IMG/VR virus record: IMGVR_UViG_3300031949_000107
Location: 1-36,535 of that record
Source of the DNA: a virus
Taxonomy: Duplodnaviria; Caudoviricetes
DNA: 36,535 bases
Strand: one strand, 5' to 3'
Both the position numbers and the translations under genes were made by a program. Within the stretch, counting starts at the first letter, position 1. The number at the start of each line of letters is the position of its first letter. This document shows positions 1 to 8,969 of the stretch, piece after piece. The notes under the pieces were generated by a model. That model saw nothing but the letters and a program-made list of their open reading frames with translations, had not been told where the DNA came from and ran no database searches.

Positions 1-1
1 G

Positions 2-133
2 GCCGGTGAGTTGAAGCCGGACAAGGAAAAGAGCACGGAGAGGATTGACGGAATGGTAGCAATCTGCGATGGGCTTCGCATCCTTCCGACTGTTGCAACC
101 TCTTACACCGATCCAAACGTGATGGTCGTATGA
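2..133 (+). CDS. terL: terminase large subunit, C-terminal fragment (partial)
   Basis: Frame 2 reads AGELKPDKEKSTERIDGMVAICDG...VMVV*. KPDK-K-S-xRIDG is the typical C-terminal motif of HK97-like TerL, and it lies directly upstream of the portal. Confidence 0.85.
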   Translation, partial: AGELKPDKEKSTERIDGMVAICDGLRILPTVATSYTDPNVMVV

Positions 134-294
134 AGCGGCCTGACATCTTGAGCGTGCTCGGAGTGATTGGATACTGCGCCGTCGTCTTCGGCGTTTGGCA
201 ATGGCATCGTCCAGCCGCCTGGATCATCGGCGGTCTGCTGCTGCTCATCTACGCCGTGCTGGCCTCAGCCGGCAAGAAACGCGAGGGTCAATGA
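130..294 (+). CDS. small two-TM membrane protein (54 aa) between terminase and portal
   Basis: Not in the ORF track. MKRPDILSVLGVIGYCAVVFGVWQWHRPAAWIIGGLLLLIYAVLASAGKKREGQ*, with ATGA overlaps at both ends (130-133, 291-294). Confidence 0.75.
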   Translation: MKRPDILSVLGVIGYCAVVFGVWQWHRPAAWIIGGLLLLIYAVLASAGKKREGQ

Positions 295-1889
295 ACTGGC
301 TGCGTATGGCACTCGACGGATACTCGCAGATTCGCGCCGAGGTCACAGGTACGCCCGCTCCCTGGGACGATTATTGGTACACGGGAATCGGAGTCAGTTC
401 AGCCTCTGGAATGAAAGTCACTCCTGAAACCGCGAAGCGGATCTCCACTGTCCTGGCCTGCGTCAACAAGATTGCCAAGACCGTAGCGATGTTGCCGCTC
501 AAGGTTTATTCAGAGCAGAGCGACGGTGGTAAGAAGCTTGCTGTTAACCATCCCGTGTACGACGTGCTCTATTCCAAGCCGAACGACCAACAGACCTCAT
601 TCGAGTTTCGCCAGATGATGCAGGGCCATCTTGAGTTGCGCGGCAACGCCTATGCCGAGATCATTCCTGGTCCGCGCGGCGCCGTTGACCAGCTGGTCCC
701 GATACATCCTGACCGCGTGACGCCGGAGCAAATTCGCGCGAGCGGTCGGATTCGTTATCGGTACAACGATCCTTTGACGAACATGACGCGCTACCTGGCT
801 CAGGAGCAAGTATTTCATCTCCGCAACTTCATGGACGATGGCGTCGTCGGACAATCCACGATTGCTTTGATGTGCGATACCATCGGCGTCGCGATGGCAG
901 CGCAGGATTACTACGCGCGCTTCCTCAAGAACGACGCCACACCCAACTCGGTCCTGACCGGGGCGAACTTCAAGACCGAGCAGGACAAGAAAGCGTTTCG
1001 GGACAACTGGCAGGAGTCGCAGACGGCGGCGAACCGCGGCAAGACGGCCGTGTTGCCTTCCGGCATGGACATCAAGACGCTCGGCATCAGCGGCAAGGAC
1101 TCGGAACTGCTGGACGCTCGCAAGTTCAGCAGAATCGAGATCTGCTCCGGGTTCGACGTTCCTCCGCATCTCATCGGAGAAACGGAAAAGACTGCGACCT
1201 ACGCCTCGGTCGAACAGTTCAACATCATGTTCGCCACCTACTGCATTTTGCCGAGACTGGTTTTGTGGGAACAGGCCATTCAGCGGTCCTTGATTTTCTC
1301 ATCCCGCTATTTCCCTAAGTTTTCGATGGGCGCTCTGCTGCGCGGCGATAGTGCCGCGCGCGCGTCCTTCTACAAGACGATGGTTGAGATTGGCGTCTTC
1401 TCCCAGGATGACGTCCGGATCATGGAGGACATGAATCCGATTCCTGGAGAAGTCGGGAATACTTACTGGCGTCCACTGAATTGGGCTCGGCTCGATGACG
1501 TGAGCGCGTCCGTCCAACCTAAGAACCCATCCGACGCCGGCGAGGACCCAACGGGCAAAACTCAATCGGAGCTCCGCCGCCAAGTCTACGCAATGGCAGC
1601 AATGGCCGCGGAGCCCTGCGTCCGCAAGGAAGTAAACACCTTGCGGCGCTTGGGTGAGCGCAGCCAGACTCCAGAGGAATTCAAATCCGCTGTCACGGAT
1701 TTCTACCGCGAGCACGCTGGCTTCATCTCCAAATGCATGAAGCTTGACCCTCAGAAGGCGCGCGAATACTGCGAGCGCAATCGGGACTTCGTGCTTGGGC
1801 TCCAGCATCCTGTCAACGGACAACTCGATGCACTCTTGACGTTCGGCACACAATTACTCGGCCGTCAGGCCGCGGAGGTACTTCAGTGA
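291..1889 (+). CDS. HK97-family portal protein with C-terminal extension
   Basis: Motifs VLACVNKIA..VAMLPL, PNxxQTxFEF, LRGNAYA, IHPDRV, FDVPPHLIG, LLRGD. Start reassigned to ATG 291 (ATGA overlap with the upstream small gene). Confidence 0.95.
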   Translation: MNWLRMALDGYSQIRAEVTGTPAPWDDYWYTGIGVSSASGMKVTPETAKRISTVLACVNKIAKTVAMLPLKVYSEQSDGGKKLAVNHPVYDVLYSKPNDQQTSFEFRQMMQGHLELRGNAYAEIIPGPRGAVDQLVPIHPDRVTPEQIRASGRIRYRYNDPLTNMTRYLAQEQVFHLRNFMDDGVVGQSTIALMCDTIGVAMAAQDYYARFLKNDATPNSVLTGANFKTEQDKKAFRDNWQESQTAANRGKTAVLPSGMDIKTLGISGKDSELLDARKFSRIEICSGFDVPPHLIGETEKTATYASVEQFNIMFATYCILPRLVLWEQAIQRSLIFSSRYFPKFSMGALLRGDSAARASFYKTMVEIGVFSQDDVRIMEDMNPIPGEVGNTYWRPLNWARLDDVSASVQPKNPSDAGEDPTGKTQSELRRQVYAMAAMAAEPCVRKEVNTLRRLGERSQTPEEFKSAVTDFYREHAGFISKCMKLDPQKAREYCERNRDFVLGLQHPVNGQLDALLTFGTQLLGRQAAEVLQ

Positions 1890-2740
1890 AACCTACGACA
1901 CAGGCACCAATCCGGCGCATCTTCGCTGCGGCGAAGAAAAACGACGAGCTCGAAATCCTCATCTATGACTCGATCGGGGAATCCTGGTTCGGCGAGGGAG
2001 TCACAGCGAAGGACGTGCAGGCGAAGCTAGCAGAGGCCGGCGACGTCAAGAAGATCGTCCTCCGCATCAATTCCCCGGGCGGCGACGTCTTCGAGGGTGC
2101 GGCGATTTACTCCCTGCTGTCGCAGCACGCGGCCACCGTGGAGTGCTTCATCGACGGCCTTGCCGCCTCGGCCGCCTTCACCATCGCCATGTCCGGCGAC
2201 AAGATTCACATTTCGGAATCCGCGATGATGATGTGTCACAACGCCTGGGGCATCTGCGCCGGTACGGGCTCCGAGATGCGGAAGATGGGCGAGGTACTCG
2301 ACAAGATCTCCGGCACGATGCGCGACATCTACGCCAGTCACAGCGGGATGACACCGGAGGAGTGCCAAGCACTCATGGACGCCGAAACTTGGATGACCGC
2401 CGCGGACGCCATCAAGTACGGCTTCGCGAATGACGAGATCAAGCGCGACCCGGAGGATGACGATAAGGCTCGCGCCTTGCTCGCCCTGTTCGATCTCTCG
2501 AAGTTCGCCAAGACGCCGGAGGACCTGAAGCCCAAGGCCGATGAACCGCCGAAGGAAGAGCCGAAGCAGGAAGCTGGCGTTCAATGCGACTGCAATTGTC
2601 AGGAGTGCGAGGCGGGAGACTGCGAGGACTGCTCCGATCCGGAATGCGACGACCCGAACTGCGAGCACGAGGAGGCTTCTGCGAACGAAGCCGAGAACAT
2701 CGCCATGCTGCGCGAGCAGTTTTCGGTTGCCGTGCTATAG
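1886..2740 (+). CDS. ClpP-like (S14) prohead maturation protease with Cys-rich acidic tail
   Basis: INSPGGDVFEG, DGLAASAA (catalytic Ser), MMCHNAW, ETWMTA..A...GFA. Lies between portal and capsid. Confidence 0.93.
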   Translation: MKPTTQAPIRRIFAAAKKNDELEILIYDSIGESWFGEGVTAKDVQAKLAEAGDVKKIVLRINSPGGDVFEGAAIYSLLSQHAATVECFIDGLAASAAFTIAMSGDKIHISESAMMMCHNAWGICAGTGSEMRKMGEVLDKISGTMRDIYASHSGMTPEECQALMDAETWMTAADAIKYGFANDEIKRDPEDDDKARALLALFDLSKFAKTPEDLKPKADEPPKEEPKQEAGVQCDCNCQECEAGDCEDCSDPECDDPNCEHEEASANEAENIAMLREQFSVAVL

Positions 2741-2860
2741 TTCGAACAGGTTTGGACGCCTTCGCGTCCAGTTTGTGAAGCAAGGTGCTCGCTAGCCGTC
2801 GTCACGGCCTGCCGCGGCACCGGGCCAAAGAAACAAAAACAAAACCGACAAGGAGATGAC
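2741..2860 (+). promoter_or_regulatory. structured leader of the major capsid gene (two hairpins, A-rich spacer, SD AAGGAG)
   Basis: TGGACGC-cttc-GCGTCCA stem. GGTGC...GCCGT-cgtc-ACGGC...GCACC stem. Then AAAGAAACAAAAACAAAA and AAGGAG before ATG 2861. Confidence 0.5.
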
Positions 2861-4222
2861 ATGAAAAACATCAACGCGCTGCGGCAGCGGAGAATCGACG
2901 TCAAGAAGAAGGCGGAAGAGATTCTCGCGGCGGCAGAGAAAGCGAACAACACGTTCACGGCCGAACAGCGGACCGAGCTGGCAGCCCTCAAGACCGAACT
3001 CGAGGGGATCAACGCCGACCTGGTCACTGTCGAGGCCTTCCTCGAGGACGAGCGCACGCCTTCCAAGCCCGTCGTGTCCGCCGAAGTGCGCGACATCCAC
3101 GGCAAGAAGGTCTACGCCAAGCTGAGCGACCAGTTCCTGGCGTCGGGCATCAAGCCGACGACTGCGAGCGAATCGCTCGGGCCGTTCACTTCCCTGGCCG
3201 ACCAGCTCCGCTCCGTCTATGAGGCGGAACGCAGCCGTGGGCAGCATGTGGACCCGCGCCTCACCGAGATCCAAGCGGCTCTCGGCGGCAACGAGTCCGT
3301 GCCCGCGGAGGGCGGCTTCCTGGTCATCCCGGAGTTTGCTGCCGGGCTGATCAAGCGCACCTATGACGTGGGTGTCCTGCTCGGCCGCTGCTTCAAGATG
3401 CCCATGACCTCGAGTCGGCTCATCATGCATGCCGTCGACGAGGACAGCCGCAAGGACGGGTCCCGGTGGGGCGGCATCCTCGCCTACTGGATCGCGGAGG
3501 CCGGCACCTACACGCCGACCAAGCCGAAGTTCCGCGAGATGCAGCTCGTCGCCAACAAGCTGATCGCCCTCTCCTACGCCACCGAAGAGCAGCTGGAAGA
3601 TGGTCCGGCGTGGGAAGCGTACGTCAACGAGGCCGTCCCGCAGGAGTTGGCGTTCCAGATCGACCAGGCGGTCTTCAACGGTCCTGGCGCTGGCGCTCCG
3701 TTGGGAATCCTCAACAGCGGTGCCGTCGTCACCGTGGCGAAGGAGGGCGGTCAGACCGCCGCGACCATCGTCACGAACAACATCCTCAAGATGTGGTCGC
3801 GGATGTTCGCGCGCAGCCGCGCGAACGCCGTCTGGTTCATCAACCAGGACATCGAACCGCAGCTCTATCCCCTGACCCTGGGCTCGCCGTCGCTGGCTCA
3901 GGTCCTGCTGTTCACGCCTCCGGGCATCAACGGCAATCAGGGACCCTACGGCAAGATGTTCGGCCGCGACGTGATCCCGATCGAGCATGCGGCCACCATC
4001 GGCACCTTGGGTGATATCGTGCTCGCCGACATGAGTCAGTATCTGCTGGCTCAGCGTTCGGACGTACGGGCCGACACGTCCATCCACGTCGCTTTCCTGA
4101 CGGGCGAGCAGGCATTCCGCTTTATGCTCCGCCTCGACGGCCAGCCGATGTGGAAGAAGCCCCTGACGCCCTACAAGGGCAGCGCGACCCAGTCTCCGTT
4201 CGTGGCGTTGGAGACGAGGTAA
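2861..4222 (+). CDS. HK97-fold major capsid protein
   Basis: N-terminal coiled-coil delta domain, GGFLVIPE, W.AE, NG.G...PLGIL.S, G..FGR.V, GDIVLAD.SQY, R.DG.P. Strong SD. Confidence 0.95.
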   Translation: MKNINALRQRRIDVKKKAEEILAAAEKANNTFTAEQRTELAALKTELEGINADLVTVEAFLEDERTPSKPVVSAEVRDIHGKKVYAKLSDQFLASGIKPTTASESLGPFTSLADQLRSVYEAERSRGQHVDPRLTEIQAALGGNESVPAEGGFLVIPEFAAGLIKRTYDVGVLLGRCFKMPMTSSRLIMHAVDEDSRKDGSRWGGILAYWIAEAGTYTPTKPKFREMQLVANKLIALSYATEEQLEDGPAWEAYVNEAVPQELAFQIDQAVFNGPGAGAPLGILNSGAVVTVAKEGGQTAATIVTNNILKMWSRMFARSRANAVWFINQDIEPQLYPLTLGSPSLAQVLLFTPPGINGNQGPYGKMFGRDVIPIEHAATIGTLGDIVLADMSQYLLAQRSDVRADTSIHVAFLTGEQAFRFMLRLDGQPMWKKPLTPYKGSATQSPFVALETR

Positions 4223-4296
4223 GGAACCGCAACGGTCCAATTGCTTTAGCATCAAAAATCTGAACGGACCTGAGCGGTCCGAGAAAGAGGTTCACC

Positions 4297-4782
4297 GTGG
4301 GTGCAAGAGGAATCTACCAAGCCCAGGAATGTCACTTCGTCAACCTGATCCCGCCAGTCGATGGGGACGGCGGGATCACCAGCGGCGTGATCAATCTCAA
4401 GGATTACGCTCACGCCACAATCGTCCTGCAGCTCGGAGTCTCGGCCACGCCTGGCAAGGTGTCGCTCGAGGCCTCCGACAACGGTTCTCCGGAGGCGACT
4501 GCCGCCATCGGCTTCAACGTCCACAAATGCGAGGTCGCGTACAACGCCGCAGATGGCGATGTGCTCGGTCCACGCGTGGCGTGTGCTGCCGCGGACGGTT
4601 TCACTCCAGTGACCGGCGATGGCATCTTCTACGTCATCGAGCTGGATTCGAACACGCTGCCGTCTGGCAAGCCGTACGTCAAGCTGGTGCTGGCCGATCC
4701 CGGTGCCACGCTCGGCAGTGCGCTCGCCATCCTGTCCGGCGCGCGCTACGGTCACGACCAGAGCGAATCGGTCCTGGTCTAG
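4297..4782 (+). CDS. putative capsid decoration / head accessory protein
   Basis: Beta-rich 161-aa protein directly after the capsid gene and before a terminator, which suggests high-copy co-expression. GTG start with GAGG SD. Confidence 0.55.
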   Translation: MGARGIYQAQECHFVNLIPPVDGDGGITSGVINLKDYAHATIVLQLGVSATPGKVSLEASDNGSPEATAAIGFNVHKCEVAYNAADGDVLGPRVACAAADGFTPVTGDGIFYVIELDSNTLPSGKPYVKLVLADPGATLGSALAILSGARYGHDQSESVLV

Positions 4783-4803
4783 CGTCCCTGGTCAGGGATG
4801 AAA

Positions 4804-4849
4804 TCCGGGGACAGTCCTTTCGGGGCTGTTCCCGGAATCCTTATTTTTT
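4804..4849 (+). terminator. rho-independent terminator after the capsid genes
   Basis: TCCGGGGACAGTCC-tttcg-GGGCTGTTCCCGGA stem followed by ATCCTTATTTTTT. Confidence 0.7.
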
Positions 4850-4854
4850 GAGGC

Positions 4855-5046
4855 ATGCAAATGTTGGTACGCATGGAAGTAGGAAGTCACAAGGGAACGA
4901 TTCGAGACATCGAACCGGAAGCAGCTCGCGCGATGATGGCTGATGGTCGCGCTTCGCTTCCTAACTGGGATCCTCCGGCGGTCGTCAAGGCCGCGATTCC
5001 CGTATCGCCAGTCCGCCGTTCGCGAAAGAAGGCGAGAAAGGCCTGA
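4855..5046 (+). CDS. small basic phage protein (weak ribosomal L9 N-terminal-like pattern)
   Basis: 63-aa ORF filling the gap before the connector gene. Pattern G-x2-G-x-I-x-D-x5-AR-x5-G-x-A, then a Lys/Arg-rich tail. Confidence 0.55.
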   Translation: MQMLVRMEVGSHKGTIRDIEPEAARAMMADGRASLPNWDPPAVVKAAIPVSPVRRSRKKARKA

Positions 5047-5049
5047 GTC

Positions 5050-5724
5050 ATGGAAGATGTCGTTCTCATTACGCCGCCCGCAATGGAGCCGCTTACGCTC
5101 GACGAGTTCAAGGACCATTGCCACATCACGAGCGACGACGAGGACGGCTACATCTCCGACATCGTGATTCCCGGCATCCGCTCAGCGGTCGAGAGCGAAT
5201 TGAAGCGGGTGCTGGTCACGCAGACCTGGCGCTACAAGATGGATGGGTTCCCCGGCTTCGACCCACGGTACGAGTCGCACGGCTACCCCACGATCGTGCT
5301 GCCGAAGCCTCCCTTTCAATCTATCGAGTCCTTCACCTACGTGGACCCGGCCGGAGTTCTGCAAGAGTTGGCCGAATGCAATCCTGACGGCACCGCGCCG
5401 GCAGGGCAGTTCTACGGGTACCAAGTTGACCCGGGCTCGGAGACCCAACCCGCGCGGCTGCTCCCGCCATGGGCCGGACCCTGGCCGCCATCGCGACGCA
5501 TGCCGACAGCGGTACAAATCGAATTCGTCTGTGGCTACGGCGCGCTCGAGGGCTCTCCACTGGCCTGGGCGCCCGGCCCGATCCCCGCGCAAATCAAACT
5601 CGCGATGCTCCATTGGGGAGCGAGCTCTTACGACAATCGGTGGGGCGTGATGAACGAGAACCTGAAGGAAGTGCCTCGGGGAATCGCCACTCTGCTCAGT
5701 CCCTACATAAATCACATCGCGTAA
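5050..5724 (+). CDS. head-tail connector (HK97 gp6 / phiE125 gp8-like)
   Basis: PP..EPLTL.E.K.H..I....ED..I, R.LVTQTW, V.I.F.CGYG, P..IK.A.L......Y.NR. Confidence 0.9.
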   Translation: MEDVVLITPPAMEPLTLDEFKDHCHITSDDEDGYISDIVIPGIRSAVESELKRVLVTQTWRYKMDGFPGFDPRYESHGYPTIVLPKPPFQSIESFTYVDPAGVLQELAECNPDGTAPAGQFYGYQVDPGSETQPARLLPPWAGPWPPSRRMPTAVQIEFVCGYGALEGSPLAWAPGPIPAQIKLAMLHWGASSYDNRWGVMNENLKEVPRGIATLLSPYINHIA

Positions 5725-5733
5725 GCGAGGACC

Positions 5734-6105
5734 ATGCCTCAGTTGAGTCCACAGAATACCGGAATCCGCATGGTGAAATGTACTCTGTGGAAGAGTGTCG
5801 GTTCCGATTCTCTCGGAGGTCCGAGTCAAACCCCTGTGTTGGTAGGCGGTGTGTGGGCTCAGATTGTCAGCTTGCGCGGCGTGGAGCTCGCAGCGGCCCA
5901 ACAAATCAATGCACAGATCAACGTACGCATCAGCGTTCGCTATCAAGACGTCCGCGCCATCTTCGAAGACGGCACGATTGTGAAGATGTACGTCCAGCAT
6001 CGGACGGCCTATTACGACATCCAGGCACCGATTGCCCGAGACCAGCGAGACCAATGGATCGACCTATTTTGCGTGGGCCGCGATACGCCGCCGATTTTCT
6101 CATGA
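5734..6105 (+). CDS. head closure / head-tail adaptor (SPP1 gp16-like)
   Basis: VWAQI..LRG.E...A.QI.A.....I.VRY, Y.I motifs. Canonical position after the connector. Confidence 0.8.
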   Translation: MPQLSPQNTGIRMVKCTLWKSVGSDSLGGPSQTPVLVGGVWAQIVSLRGVELAAAQQINAQINVRISVRYQDVRAIFEDGTIVKMYVQHRTAYYDIQAPIARDQRDQWIDLFCVGRDTPPIFS

Positions 6106-6779
6106 AGGTCTCATGCATCATGCCAACTCGTAACCGCGGTCACCTGCTGCCACTCGCGTTGGCCTGCTTCGATGCCCAGGATTGGCCGGAGCGCGAGCTG
6201 GTGGTGCTCGACGACGGCGAGGAGCCGGTCGATAAGGCCGTGGGCGGGCACCCGGGAGTCCTCTACGGCCGGCTTCCGGCAATCACCGCGCTCGGGAAGA
6301 AGCGCAACCTATGCTGCGAGATGGCCCGCGGCGACGTGATCGTCCATTGGGACGACGACGACTGGTCGGCGCCGACGCGGATCCGTGACCAGGTATCGCG
6401 GCTCGTGTCCGCAGGCAAGTCGGTGAGCGGCTACCATTCGCTTTTCTTCTGGTCCATGACCCTGGGCAGGGCGTTCAAGTACCAGGGGCAGCCGAGCTAT
6501 TCATGCGGCACGGCGCTCTGCTACACGCGGGACTATTGGGCCAGGAACCGGTTCAAGGACTGGCTTCCGGTGAAGGGCTCACACGAGGACAACGATTTCA
6601 CGTCCAGGGCCAGGGATCATCGCGAGCTCGTTTCCGCCGCCGGCTGGAGCCAGCTCGTGGTGCGCGCCCATTGCGGCACGACGAGCGCGGACAGCCGAAT
6701 CGGCAGCAACGGGTGGCCCGCAGCGGACGCCTCTGAACTGCCAGCGAAGTTCTTCGAGGATTTAAGCCGTGCGCTTTAA
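6102..6779 (+). CDS. glycosyltransferase family 2 (GT-A)
   Basis: MKVSCIMPTRNR, Q....ELVVLDDG, LG.KRN, GD.IVHWDDDDW (DxD), ED..F. Start moved to ATG 6102 (ATGA overlap with the closure gene). Confidence 0.9.
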   Translation: MKVSCIMPTRNRGHLLPLALACFDAQDWPERELVVLDDGEEPVDKAVGGHPGVLYGRLPAITALGKKRNLCCEMARGDVIVHWDDDDWSAPTRIRDQVSRLVSAGKSVSGYHSLFFWSMTLGRAFKYQGQPSYSCGTALCYTRDYWARNRFKDWLPVKGSHEDNDFTSRARDHRELVSAAGWSQLVVRAHCGTTSADSRIGSNGWPAADASELPAKFFEDLSRAL

Positions 6780-7671
6780 CATCATCAGCAATCTCGTCAA
6801 CGGCGTCGGACTTCAGCAAGACTATCTGCTACTGAAGTCTGAATTGGAAAGGCGCGGCCATTCCGTCACCGGACTTCAAGGAGACGACAAGCACGCGGTC
6901 CCTGCGCCTGCGGACATCAACATCTTCATCGAATGGGTGGTCCCCAGGTATTTCAGCGCGGCGCCGCGACAATGGCTTATTCCGAATCCTGATTGGTTCT
7001 ACGTCGAATGGCGGTCGCTGCTACCACGATTCGAAAGAATCCTGGCTAAGACAAGGGATTGCGAACGGATCTTCCGGTCCACTAATCGCTGCTCGTATCT
7101 TGGATGGCGCTCCCGGGACCTGTTGGATGCGAGCGTAACGCGATCCCGCAAGTTCCTCCACGTCGCCGGCAAGAGCCAACTGAAAAACACGCCATCCATA
7201 ATCGAGGCGTGGCGACGCGGTCTGGTAGATGCAGACCTGACGGTCATTTCGGCGCATTACTGCGCGCCATCTCTGAACCGGGTGACCATCGTGAGGCGCG
7301 CGAGTGATTCCCAGTTGCAACACAACATGAATTCTCACCTATTCCACTTGATGCCCTCTGCCTATGAAGGATGGGGGCATGCTTTGCATGAGGCGCTCGG
7401 GGTCGGAGCCGTGCTTCTGACCACAGACGCGCCGCCGATGAACGAACTGAAGGCCGCGGCGCACTTCATCACTGCCGATGGGACCAGCCGATTCAATACC
7501 GCGGATTTGCGGCAGGTGAATTTTCCGGAGATAGCGTCGGCGGTGAACGAAGTCCTATCGTGGTCGTCTGACAAACTGAGCTCGGCTTCCTCGGTCGCCC
7601 GGCAGGGCTTCCAGGAGGAGACGACGGCCTTTCAGGAAAGACTGGACGAGTTGATTCGGAGTGCAGCATGA
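6769..7671 (+). CDS. glycosyltransferase, GT-B fold (GT4-like)
   Basis: FLHVAGKS..KNT, then PS.YEGWGHALHEAL.VGA...TTDAPPMNE (E-x7-E motif). Confidence 0.85.
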   Translation: MRFNIISNLVNGVGLQQDYLLLKSELERRGHSVTGLQGDDKHAVPAPADINIFIEWVVPRYFSAAPRQWLIPNPDWFYVEWRSLLPRFERILAKTRDCERIFRSTNRCSYLGWRSRDLLDASVTRSRKFLHVAGKSQLKNTPSIIEAWRRGLVDADLTVISAHYCAPSLNRVTIVRRASDSQLQHNMNSHLFHLMPSAYEGWGHALHEALGVGAVLLTTDAPPMNELKAAAHFITADGTSRFNTADLRQVNFPEIASAVNEVLSWSSDKLSSASSVARQGFQEETTAFQERLDELIRSAA

Positions 7672-8969
7672 AACAAGAGACCGCAATCATCATTTTGGCG
7701 AACGGTGAACAGAGCCGATGGCCTGATGGGGCCCGCCCCAAGCAGCTTCTTGAGGTTGACTCGGTCCCGATCATCCGGCGAGCCATCGCCTTATTCGAGG
7801 AAGCTCTCCGCGCCTCCGCTCGAGTCGTAACGCGGGACGATCGCATCATCGCCGTGGTCGGCGGGATGCGGGTGGTGAATGTCGGTCCGCCAGTAGAGCA
7901 ATTAAACGACCTGCTTCGGGCTCGTGCAGAATGGGGCACGAAGCGCACGGTCTGCTTGCTTGGCGACGTGTTCTATACCGATGCAGCGGTCAAGGCGATT
8001 GCCGGGTGCAGGAAGCCGGTGGCCTTCTATGGTCGGCGGCTTGCCTCCCAGATTACCGGCAAGCCTCACGGCGAGCTAGTGGCGATGGCCTGGGACTCGG
8101 AGAATGACGAACGCATGGCGGCGTCGCTCGCTACTTGGCACGATCGGCCTCTACTGTGGTCGCCATACCGGGACTTCGCTGAGCTCTGGTCGCTTCCCAT
8201 TGAAGATAATTACCTGCACCGTGTGCCCGACTGCCTAACAGAGATCGATGATTTCACGGATGACTTCGATTGCCCGCAGGACTGGCAGACGTGGATGAGG
8301 CTTCGCGTGGCAAGCATCACCGGCTTTGCAGAGCTACGTCATGACCCGACGCGTAAGTGGACTATCTCCGGGAGAGAAATGCCTTGGGCCTACGGATGGC
8401 AGCGGCCGGCGAATGCTCCTGGAGCCGAACGGATAAGTACGTCAGGGTATGACATTCAAGACTGCCTGGTCTCAGCCTGCAAGATGATCTCGCCCCGCAA
8501 TTATCTGGAGATTGGCGTCGATGGCGGCGGCTCATTCTTCGCTGTGCTCGAAGCAGCTGAGATTGAGCACGCTGTGCTGTGCGACATTTGGAACCCATCA
8601 TATTGTGACCATGGATTCAAGGACCACGAGCATATCGCCGAGCAGCTTCGCACTTTTGCACGCCCGCCGAAATCCGTTGAATACCTCGACGGTCCATCCG
8701 TTGAATTGATACCGAGGCTGGCGGGACGGAAGTTTGACCTGATCAACGTGGACGGATGCCACACGTCAGAAGCGGCGACGTTAGACCTCGATAACTGCTG
8801 GCCCTTGCTCCGAGAGGGCGGGATGTTGGTCTTCGATGATGTGGGCCATTCTCGATACCGGCATCTCGAGTTTGTTCTCAGGGATTTTATGGCGAAGCAT
8901 CCTGACGCAGCCCTGATTCCAGAGGCCGCCGCCGACTGGCGAACCTGCGCCCTGGTGGTGAAGACATGA
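7668..8969 (+). CDS. nucleotidyltransferase (LicC/MobA-like) fused to a class I SAM methyltransferase
   Basis: N-terminus IILANGEQSRW....PKQLL.V...PII.R, LLGDV.Y, DDFD..D. C-terminus YLEIGVDGGGS, FDLINVDGCH, L.EGG.LVFDD. Confidence 0.8.
   Translation: MKQETAIIILANGEQSRWPDGARPKQLLEVDSVPIIRRAIALFEEALRASARVVTRDDRIIAVVGGMRVVNVGPPVEQLNDLLRARAEWGTKRTVCLLGDVFYTDAAVKAIAGCRKPVAFYGRRLASQITGKPHGELVAMAWDSENDERMAASLATWHDRPLLWSPYRDFAELWSLPIEDNYLHRVPDCLTEIDDFTDDFDCPQDWQTWMRLRVASITGFAELRHDPTRKWTISGREMPWAYGWQRPANAPGAERISTSGYDIQDCLVSACKMISPRNYLEIGVDGGGSFFAVLEAAEIEHAVLCDIWNPSYCDHGFKDHEHIAEQLRTFARPPKSVEYLDGPSVELIPRLAGRKFDLINVDGCHTSEAATLDLDNCWPLLREGGMLVFDDVGHSRYRHLEFVLRDFMAKHPDAALIPEAAADWRTCALVVKT

Noticed and set aside
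2792-4255. Long minus-strand ORF (487 aa) antisense to the capsid gene, and similar antisense ORFs throughout
   Set aside because: These are shadow ORFs expected from high GC3 codon bias. They show no motifs and are fully overlapped by well-supported + strand genes.
5469-6101. Long N-terminal extensions in the ORF track (195, 5469, 9364, 12036, 19375, 26593, 35451)
   Set aside because: They overlap real upstream genes. Downstream starts at stop/start overlaps match the domain boundaries better.
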